Assembly: GCA_965215265.1 (NCBI GenBank)
Contig: OZ244048.1
Location: forward strand, 3,392,001 to 3,456,000
Direction: 5' to 3'
DNA from: Candidatus Poribacteria bacterium
GTDB lineage: Bacteria > Poribacteria > WGA-4E > WGA-3G
Length of the DNA stretch: 64,000 nucleotides
Shown: positions 56,480-64,000 of the stretch, piece after piece
Position numbering within the stretch: the stretch's first letter is position 1
How the letters are laid out: each line of letters opens with the position of its first letter
Program-made: the position numbers and the translations under genes
The notes under the pieces: model-generated
What the model was told of the DNA's origin: nothing
Database searches by the model: none
Seen by the model: only the letters and a program-made list of their open reading frames with translations

Positions 56480-59400
56480 ATGACACAAATTGAACGAATA
56501 ACATGTCTCAAAGATCAACTAAAGGAACGCATTTTGATTTTGGACGGTGCGATGGGCTCCATGCTGCAGAGCTATCGGCTTTCTGAGGAAGATTTTCGGG
56601 GTGAACGGTTTGCGAACCATCCGTCTGAGCTCAAAGGGTATAATGATTTGCTCTCTCTAACGCAACCGCAGGTTGTCCGTGAAATCCATGCCGCTTACTG
56701 TCAAGCAGGTGCAGACATTATTTCAACCAATACGTTCACCAGTACCGCGGTTTCAATGGTAGATTATCAACTTACTTCTTTACCCGTCGTTCCCTCGGAC
56801 GGTGTTTCTGGTGTCCTCCGTGCGAACGTTTCTTCTGACAAAAACCGAGATATGGCGTATCAAGTCAATTACGCCGCCGCGGTCCTTGCACGCGAGGTAG
56901 CGAACAAATGGACATCTCCTGAAAAACCACGCTTCGTTGCAGGTAGCATGGGGCCCACCAATCGCAGCTGCTCCATTTCACCGAATGTGAATGACCCAGG
57001 CTATCGTAATATCAGCTTCGCCCAACTCGTTGACGCTTACACAACACAGGCGGAGGGGTTAATTGATGGCGGTGCCGATCTACTATTAGTTGAAACGGCG
57101 ATGGATACGCTCAACTGTAAAGCGGCACTTTTCGCAGTTCAGATGCTTTCAGAAGTGCGTAGTATTGATATCCCGCTCATTGTTTCATCTGACAGAAGCG
57201 GTGGCGGTGGCCGAAATCTATCAGGTCAGACAGTAGAAGCGTTCTGGAATTCTGTTCGGCATGCTGACCTTCTCGCTGTTGGGTTAAACTGCGGATTCGG
57301 TGCAGAACAGATCTACCCTTATCTCGCCGACATTGCGAAAATTGCAGATATTCCTATTATCTGTTATCCGAATGCAGGACTTCCGAATGAGCTCGGGCAC
57401 TATACGCAGACACCCGTCGAAATGGGAAACTATATCCACGAATTCGCTCAAAACAATTTCCTTAACATCGTCGGCGGTTGTTGTGGCACGAAACCTGAAC
57501 ATATTGAAACCATAGCCAAGGTTGTTGCTGAATATCCACCCCGGCAACCTGTACCGCAGAAACGTGCTTGTAGATTGAGCGGTCTGGAGGCTTTCAACAT
57601 CACACCTGACTCTCTCTTTATTAACGTTGGTGAACGCACAAACGTAACAGGCTCCCGGCGATTTGCAACACTGATAAAAAAAGGAGACTACGAAGCAGCC
57701 TTGGAAGTCGCCCGGGCACAAGTCGAAAATGGCGCACAACTTATTGATATTAACATGGATGCAGGGTTGTTAGATGCCAAAACGGCGATGGTGACATTTC
57801 TTAACCTCATTGCGGCGGAGCCGGATATTAGCCGAATCCCTATCATGCTGGATTCAAGCCGATGGGAGGTTATAGAGGCAGGCCTCGCTTGTATTCAAGG
57901 GAAAGGCGTTGTCAATTCAATTAGTTTGAAAGAGGGGAAGTCAGATTTTTTAGCGAAAGCCCGGCAGGTACGCCGCTACGGTGCGGCTGTCATCGTCATG
58001 GCATTTGACGAAGAGGGACAGGCGGAAACCTATCAACGGAAGGTTGAGATCTGTCGTAGGGCGTATCAACTTCTAACGGAAGAGGCAGAGTTTCCGCCTG
58101 AAGACATCATCTTCGATCCGAATATATTCACTGTAGCAACTGGGATTGAAGCGCACAACGAATACGCACAAGCATTTATTGACGCGTGCCGGGAGATTAA
58201 AGCCACCTGTCCGTATGCGTTAGTTAGTGGCGGTGTGAGTAACATCTCTTTTGCTTTCCGAGGCAATGACACCGTGCGCGAAGCGATGCACGCCGCTTTC
58301 CTTTATCATGCCATCAGAGCAGGCATGGATATGGGAATTGTCAATGCCGGGCAGCTAGCAGTCTATGACGAACTTCCAAAGGCGCTCCTTAAGGCTGTTG
58401 AAGATGTCTTATTCAACCGGCGTTCGGATGCAACCGACAGACTTGTTAACCTTGCTGAGAAACTAAAAGGGACGAAGAAACGGCTGCATATCACGCAGGA
58501 GTGGCGACAACTCTCTATTGAAAAGCGGCTCCGGTACTCGCTCGTTGAAGGTATTCTTGAATTCATTGAGGCCGATACAGAAGAAGCACGGCAACACTAC
58601 CAATCCCCCATCCAGGTTATTGAGGGTCCTTTGATGGACGGCATGAATCAAGTAGGTGAGTTTTTCGGTGCGGGTAAGATGTTCCTCCCGCAAGTTGTCA
58701 AAAGTGCACGTGTCATGAAAAAAGCGGTTGCATACCTACAGCCGTATATTGAGAAAATGCAGCAAGCACAAGTGGATATGGTAACTCATAAGGAACAGCG
58801 TGCAAAGATTGTCATGGCGACTGTTAAAGGAGATGTCCATGATATTGGGAAAAATATCGTCGGTGTGGTACTAGAATGCAACAACTACGATGTAATTGAC
58901 CTAGGTGTGAAAGTACCGGCAGAAGAAATTCTGGAGACAGCGCGGAAAGAGAACGCTGACTTGATCGGGCTGAGCGGGCTGATTACGCCTTCATTAGATG
59001 AGATGGTGCATGTAGCATCCGAAATGGAACGTCAAGAGTTTAGCATCCCACTTCTTATTGGCGGTGCGACTACCTCAAAGGTGCATACTGCAGTTCAAAT
59101 TGAACCCGTGTACACGGGAACAACGGTTCATGTCAAGGACGCTTCACTGAGCGTTGGCGTTGTCAGTTCGCTGCTGAGCCGTGAAAAACAGTGTAAGTTT
59201 ACGAAGGAAACGCGGCGAGAATACGAATCAATTCGGGAACGTCGTTCTAAAAACAGAAAACAGTCGAATCTTTTACCGTTTTCCGTAGCGCAACAACGTA
59301 AATTCGTATCCGATTGGCAGAATTATCAACCGCCTATTCCAAAGATTACTGGCATTCAGGTCTTAGACGATTATCCGTTAGCAGAATTGGTTGACTATAT

Positions 59401-60229
59401 CGATTGGACTCCGTTCTTCACGACGTGGGGTATCCGTGCTAAGATGAAAAAAATGGGACCTGAAGCTCGCGAACTCTTTAACGATGCCCAAGAACTGCTC
59501 AGGTTCATCGTCAAGGAAAAGCGGGTTCGTGCCCGTGCCGTCGTCGGGCTCTTTCCGGCTAACAGCGTGGGCGAAGATACTGAAATTTACGTTGATGAAT
59601 CAAGGAGAGAGGTGCTTGCAACGCTGCATCACCTCCGGCAACAGACAGAACAACCGTTCGGCAGAGCGAACTTGAGTCTCGCGGATTTCATCGCGCCCAA
59701 GGCAACCGCTCTACAGGATTATATCGGTGCATTTGCGGTGACGACAGGCATCGGTGTTTCAGAACTCTGCGACGAATTTGAAAAAAAACAGGACGATTAC
59801 AATAGCATTATGACAAAAGCCCTAGCTGACCGGCTGGCGGAAGCATTCGCAGAGCGGATGCATCAGCGCGTTCGCACAACGATCTGGGGGTATGCAGAAG
59901 ATGAAACGTTGGATAACGATTCACTGATTGCGGAAGAATACCGGGGGATTCGTCCTGCCCCAGGCTATCCTGCTTGTCCTGAGCACACCCAAAAGCGCGT
60001 GTTGTTTAGTTTGTTGGACGTTGAGAAAAATATAGGCATCTCTCTCACTGAGAATCTCGCGATGGCCCCTGCAGCATCAGTCAGTGGTTGGTATTACGCA
60101 CATCCGGAAGCGCGGTATTTTAGCATCGCCCGGATCGGTGCAGACCAGCACGCAGACTATGCTGCAAGGACAGGAATGACACTTGAAACGGCGGAACGTT
60201 GGCTCAAACCGCTGCTAGATAAACGGTAA
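56480..60229 (+). CDS. metH: Cobalamin-dependent methionine synthase
   Basis: [39 protein letters not shown]. Confidence 0.97.
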   Translation: MTQIERITCLKDQLKERILILDGAMGSMLQSYRLSEEDFRGERFANHPSELKGYNDLLSLTQPQVVREIHAAYCQAGADIISTNTFTSTAVSMVDYQLTSLPVVPSDGVSGVLRANVSSDKNRDMAYQVNYAAAVLAREVANKWTSPEKPRFVAGSMGPTNRSCSISPNVNDPGYRNISFAQLVDAYTTQAEGLIDGGADLLLVETAMDTLNCKAALFAVQMLSEVRSIDIPLIVSSDRSGGGGRNLSGQTVEAFWNSVRHADLLAVGLNCGFGAEQIYPYLADIAKIADIPIICYPNAGLPNELGHYTQTPVEMGNYIHEFAQNNFLNIVGGCCGTKPEHIETIAKVVAEYPPRQPVPQKRACRLSGLEAFNITPDSLFINVGERTNVTGSRRFATLIKKGDYEAALEVARAQVENGAQLIDINMDAGLLDAKTAMVTFLNLIAAEPDISRIPIMLDSSRWEVIEAGLACIQGKGVVNSISLKEGKSDFLAKARQVRRYGAAVIVMAFDEEGQAETYQRKVEICRRAYQLLTEEAEFPPEDIIFDPNIFTVATGIEAHNEYAQAFIDACREIKATCPYALVSGGVSNISFAFRGNDTVREAMHAAFLYHAIRAGMDMGIVNAGQLAVYDELPKALLKAVEDVLFNRRSDATDRLVNLAEKLKGTKKRLHITQEWRQLSIEKRLRYSLVEGILEFIEADTEEARQHYQSPIQVIEGPLMDGMNQVGEFFGAGKMFLPQVVKSARVMKKAVAYLQPYIEKMQQAQVDMVTHKEQRAKIVMATVKGDVHDIGKNIVGVVLECNNYDVIDLGVKVPAEEILETARKENADLIGLSGLITPSLDEMVHVASEMERQEFSIPLLIGGATTSKVHTAVQIEPVYTGTTVHVKDASLSVGVVSSLLSREKQCKFTKETRREYESIRERRSKNRKQSNLLPFSVAQQRKFVSDWQNYQPPIPKITGIQVLDDYPLAELVDYIDWTPFFTTWGIRAKMKKMGPEARELFNDAQELLRFIVKEKRVRARAVVGLFPANSVGEDTEIYVDESRREVLATLHHLRQQTEQPFGRANLSLADFIAPKATALQDYIGAFAVTTGIGVSELCDEFEKKQDDYNSIMTKALADRLAEAFAERMHQRVRTTIWGYAEDETLDNDSLIAEEYRGIRPAPGYPACPEHTQKRVLFSLLDVEKNIGISLTENLAMAPAASVSGWYYAHPEARYFSIARIGADQHADYAARTGMTLETAERWLKPLLDKR

Positions 60230-60250
60230 ACTGTTTGAATAGGCAAAAAC

Positions 60251-61150
60251 ATGCAAACATCTCATAAATATTTGGATCCGGTGGCACTTTCTCGCATCGG
60301 TAGCATGGAACTGGTCGCCCGGCTCGTTGTGGAAGGGTTCATCACCGGTTTACACAAAAGTCCGTATCAAGGATTTAGCGTCGAGTTTGCAGAACATAGA
60401 CAGTATATGCCCGGCGATGAAATCCGCTATATTGATTGGAAAGTGTTCGGAAAATCTGACCGGTACTATGTCAAAAAATTTGAAGAAGAAACGAACCTCC
60501 GTGCGTATATCCTACTTGATACGAGTGCGTCAATGAATTTTAGTCAAGGAGATAGCGAACGAAAAACGTTGACGAAGTTTGAATACGGTTGTTATCTCGC
60601 AGCATCCTTAGCGTATCTTATGCTGAAACAACGTGATTCTGTCGGATTAGCAATTTTCAATACGGAGATTGCTGAGTATATCCCGCCACGAGGGACTGCG
60701 ACGCATCTCCGTGCCATCATGTCTGCCTTGGAGCATGCCCAACCGGGTAAGGAGACGAATCTGAGCAGCCTCTTCCATGAACTTGCGAAGCGGATTGTCA
60801 GGCGTGGATTAGTTATCGTGATTTCCGATCTTCTTGATGAACCGACCGCGGTCATCTCTGCTTTGAAACATCTCCGTCATCAAAAGCACGAGGTTATCGT
60901 TTTCCACCTGCTGGACCCTGCGGAACTGAACTTTCCGTACAAAGGCTCAGTTGTTTTTCGGGATATGGAGAGCGGGCAGACACTTTCAACGCAGGCAGAT
61001 ACGTTAAAGGCTGCCTATCTCATGCAACTCAATGAGTTTATCCAGAATTATCGCCGTGGATGTGGCGGGAGCCTAATTGATTATGTGCAGATGGATACAA
61101 CTACGCCGTTTGATTACGCGCTGTCGGCTTATCTATCACAGCGAAATTAG
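60251..61150 (+). CDS. DUF58 family protein
   Basis: EFAEHRQYMPGDEIRYIDWK, LDTSASM, ISD. Confidence 0.92.
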   Translation: MQTSHKYLDPVALSRIGSMELVARLVVEGFITGLHKSPYQGFSVEFAEHRQYMPGDEIRYIDWKVFGKSDRYYVKKFEEETNLRAYILLDTSASMNFSQGDSERKTLTKFEYGCYLAASLAYLMLKQRDSVGLAIFNTEIAEYIPPRGTATHLRAIMSALEHAQPGKETNLSSLFHELAKRIVRRGLVIVISDLLDEPTAVISALKHLRHQKHEVIVFHLLDPAELNFPYKGSVVFRDMESGQTLSTQADTLKAAYLMQLNEFIQNYRRGCGGSLIDYVQMDTTTPFDYALSAYLSQRN

Positions 61151-61164
61151 AAAACGAGGGACCT

Positions 61165-62331
61165 ATGAAAACCTATCGGATTGCAATTCTAGGCTGTAGA
61201 GGACGTGGCACAGCCGCTGCCCGTGCGTATCACGCACATCCACGTGTAGAGATTGTCGGACTCTGTGACCTGATTGAAGAACGGCGAGATATATTAGGTG
61301 CCGAAGTCAATGTCCCCGCACGGTTCGCGAATTTAGACGATATGATTCTACAGACGACTCCTGACATTGTCGCGATTCCTACCGGTACAGAATTTCATTA
61401 TGACTTGTGTCTGCGCGTTTTGGAACACGGCATCCACATTGAGGTAGAAAAACCGATGTGTGTGGATTTAGTTCAAGCAGATGCGGTTATTGCCAAAGCA
61501 GCCGAGAAAAATGTCAAGGTTGCCGTGCATCATCAAGGCAGGGTGGGTGCGTCGATGCAGGCGATCGCGCATGCCTTTAATGCTGGCAAAATCGGGGAAC
61601 TGCGATATATCTATGGAAGTGGGAAAGGCTACTACGGTGGATACGGCTTGATGAACATCGGTACGCACATGCTCAACAACATGTTGCATTTCGGGAAACG
61701 GTGCAGAAGTGTTGTGGCACAACTCATGACAGGTAGCCGGCCGATCGTGCCGGAAGATGTCGTTCCATCGCCAAGCGGCATGGGGACTATCGCTGGTGAA
61801 TATATCACAGCGACTTTGCAATATGAAGGTAATGTTACAGGGACCTTGCTTCAACACCGGTTTGATAAGATGGATACTGCAGCGTATTCCATGGAACTCT
61901 ACGGTACCGAAGGCAGACTATTTTGGAAGAGCGGGGGTGCATGGTGGTTACCCCATCCACACTATCTCCCTGATGGTACAAACGACCGATGGGAGGCATT
62001 AGAACTTATCTATCCTGAGCACTACGATGTCAAAAGCGGGGCAGCGGAGGCAGATTATTGGTTCGTAGAGGAATATGTCCGCGCATTGGATGAAAATAGG
62101 GAACATGAATGCAGTGGGACAGCGGGCCGCCACATTATTGAGATGATGATGGGTATCTTTGAATCTGCGGCGTATGGCAGGCGGGTCGAACTACCACAAA
62201 CAGACCGGCGGCACCCTTTGCTCCGGTGGCGCGAAGGAACCGGATTAGAATCGCCTGCGGAGATGCCGCGCGGTTATGGAGAATGGTTGGCGTTGGAATC
62301 CGAACGGATCGCCTCGCCAGTGTTAAGGTGA
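61165..62331 (+). CDS. Gfo/Idh/MocA-family oxidoreductase
   Basis: ILGCRGRG, VEKP, NIGTH. Confidence 0.9.
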   Translation: MKTYRIAILGCRGRGTAAARAYHAHPRVEIVGLCDLIEERRDILGAEVNVPARFANLDDMILQTTPDIVAIPTGTEFHYDLCLRVLEHGIHIEVEKPMCVDLVQADAVIAKAAEKNVKVAVHHQGRVGASMQAIAHAFNAGKIGELRYIYGSGKGYYGGYGLMNIGTHMLNNMLHFGKRCRSVVAQLMTGSRPIVPEDVVPSPSGMGTIAGEYITATLQYEGNVTGTLLQHRFDKMDTAAYSMELYGTEGRLFWKSGGAWWLPHPHYLPDGTNDRWEALELIYPEHYDVKSGAAEADYWFVEEYVRALDENREHECSGTAGRHIIEMMMGIFESAAYGRRVELPQTDRRHPLLRWREGTGLESPAEMPRGYGEWLALESERIASPVLR

Positions 62332-62639
62332 TGGACAAAGTCTTGCACAAGTCCCGTGTGCGTGTGAGGGAGAGGGAGTTGGTGCAGGTCTGTCAAACTT
62401 GCTTGAGTGCCTGAGTTCTCATGCGTCAAGTCTCCACTATTCAGGGACTCGCAACGGAGACATCCTTCGGTGTCGTAGACTTCAATCGCGTCCACTGAGA
62501 AGCCCACATTCCAGTTAATGTTCGCCACTGCATGCGCTCGACTCTTAAAGCAGAGCGTAAACACGGCGGAGTCTTCGACATCAATATCCAAGCAGACGGT
62601 ATCGGCATAGCCGCGCGCCGATACGATATCGCCCATCAG
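62274..62639 (-). pseudogene. C-terminal-domain fragment of a Gfo/Idh/MocA oxidoreductase
   Basis: LMGDIVS..DVEDSA..IEVY.TEG..LVQDFV; no Rossmann domain; overlaps the end of the convergent gene. Confidence 0.7.
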
Positions 62640-62669
62640 ATTTTGTCAAGGCAGTCTCCAGATTTCGTT

Positions 62670-62862
62670 TCTCAAGGCGGCCTCGGTGCTTCTCTGAAAG
62701 CAAAAAAAACCAGGGGCAGCCATGTGAGGGTGGCTGCCCCTGGTTTAGGTTAGGTTAGGTGAATTTACATCTCACTGAGTTTACTCTTGTGCCTTAAGCG
62801 TCGCCCAGCGTTCTGTGAGTTTACCGTCCGCACTCAGATGCCCTTTCAAGCGGGTTGTCTGC
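62670..62862 (-). repeat. ~195-bp module, copy 2
   Basis: Matches 620-818; encodes QTTRLKGHLSADGKLTERWATLKAQE* (62781-62861) and the terminator. Confidence 0.95.
62702..62746 (-). terminator. Intrinsic terminator
   Basis: Same stem as 652-697 with a U-tract on the minus strand. Confidence 0.9.
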
Positions 62863-63947
62863 TACGTGTCGGTGTGGTTGTCAGCTGCCTCCAGCTGCCG
62901 GACGAGTTCTGCACGCACCTCTGGAGATAAATTCTGAATCTCCGCCGGGCGAAGTCCGGCTAACCGTTCATCGGGAGTGAGTCCTTTGACGCGCTCATCG
63001 GGGCTCAGGCGTGCTAACATATCGGCCCGTTCTGCGGCGGGTAGACTCGCCAACATATCGGCCCGTTCTGCGGCGGGTAGACTCGCCAACATATCCGCAC
63101 GTTCTGCCGCAGATAGCCTTGCTAACATGTCCGCACGGGCTTCAGCGGGCAGCCGTGCGAGCAGATCCGCCCGGTCTTGAGGACTCAAGCGGGCGAGCAT
63201 GTCCGCACGCTCCTCCGATGTCAGTGCCGACAGCAGCTTCGGACCTAAAGTCGTCGCAACTTCGCGAAGACGACTCTGAAAGAAATCTTGACGTCCTTCC
63301 ATTTCACAAACCTCCTCCGTGACTTCCGGCTGCAAATACAACGCGGAGTCAAAATATAACGTATTCTCTTCCGTTATCACCCGCCGCAGGAACGCACGAA
63401 ACTGTTTCTGCGACGACGCAAACAGCAGCAACCAATAATTCGGTTCAACCAGTGCCACTTCATTGCAAACCAACAGATGCACCGGCACGCCATCCATCAA
63501 CCGATAATGCCCTGCCGCCAATGGCTCCCACGGCTCCCCAAAAGGCGGACGGGAGAGCAGCACCCGCGGCTTCCGAGACGACACTATCGTCAAGGTAACC
63601 TCCGTGTCTGGCACCTTATGCGCTGCGAGATAACCACGCGCACGCATACAAATCCGGTGATACGCCGAGGCATTCAACGGGTCGTTCTGCCCTTTGAACT
63701 CGAACAGATTATACGTGCGTAAGTAAGAGAGCAGCGGATTCGCACGCACTCTCGCCCGGGCTGCGGCACTTTCGAGGAGAGCGAGTGCATCTATACGCTG
63801 CGGCAACCGGTTGACTTCTATCTCTGTCTGGATAGAGGCACCCAGCCCAGAGAATAGCAGGGCGAGGAACTCTTTGAAGAAAGGGTCCCAGAGTTTCCGT
63901 TTGCTTTGTGTTTCTTTAGATGTCTCTGGTGCCGTAGTTTGCCTCAT
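62862..63947 (-). CDS. Rpn-like PD-(D/E)xK nuclease with 12-aa and 9-aa C-terminal repeats
   Basis: DPFFKEFL, QRID, FEFK; paralog of 33938-34792 (CNE..LV..NY.LLLFASS). Confidence 0.75.
   Translation of the reverse strand: MRQTTAPETSKETQSKRKLWDPFFKEFLALLFSGLGASIQTEIEVNRLPQRIDALALLESAAARARVRANPLLSYLRTYNLFEFKGQNDPLNASAYHRICMRARGYLAAHKVPDTEVTLTIVSSRKPRVLLSRPPFGEPWEPLAAGHYRLMDGVPVHLLVCNEVALVEPNYWLLLFASSQKQFRAFLRRVITEENTLYFDSALYLQPEVTEEVCEMEGRQDFFQSRLREVATTLGPKLLSALTSEERADMLARLSPQDRADLLARLPAEARADMLARLSAAERADMLASLPAAERADMLASLPAAERADMLARLSPDERVKGLTPDERLAGLRPAEIQNLSPEVRAELVRQLEAADNHTDT
62955..63224 (-). repeat. Coding tandem repeats: six 36-bp units then two 27-bp units
   Basis: LxxxxRADMLAx x6, then LSPDERVKG and LTPDERLAG. 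Confidence 0.9.
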
Positions 63948-64000
63948 CTATCTGCTTAGACGCTCCACTTCTCATAATAAAGTATAGCAGCCTCCCTATT

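Overview
Bacterial chromosome segment, most likely Candidatus Poribacteria. This is an inference from the C-terminal motif ...KLxxxW[GA]xLK on secreted proteins, the many Gfo/Idh/MocA, sulfatase and PhyH genes, and the DUF1549/1553 gene. Core content: catabolic genes, tRNA-Leu/fMet/CAU followed by tilS-hpt, rtcB, ppdK, a complete Pup-proteasome operon (arc-dop-pup-prcB-prcA-pafA), lolA-pgsA-thpR-recA and metH. Three accessory patches (about 0.4-3.9 kb, 33.4-40.4 kb, 62.3-64 kb) hold an internally deleted LRR surface protein, a Type ISP restriction-modification gene and Rpn-like PD-(D/E)xK nucleases. Strongest signals: (1) both Rpn-like genes carry an internal Shine-Dalgarno plus in-frame ATG at the same position ahead of a repeat-rich tail, and one tail is duplicated as a stand-alone gene (candidate intragenic antitoxins); (2) a ~195-bp gene-end plus terminator module shared by two islands 62 kb apart; (3) a ~155-bp palindromic element seen only in spacers of the Pup-proteasome operon; (4) short in-frame palindromic insertions in several housekeeping genes; (5) a candidate lineage-specific C-terminal sorting motif. 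No CRISPR array, integrase, transposase or reverse transcriptase was recognised. All calls are by eye, without database searches.
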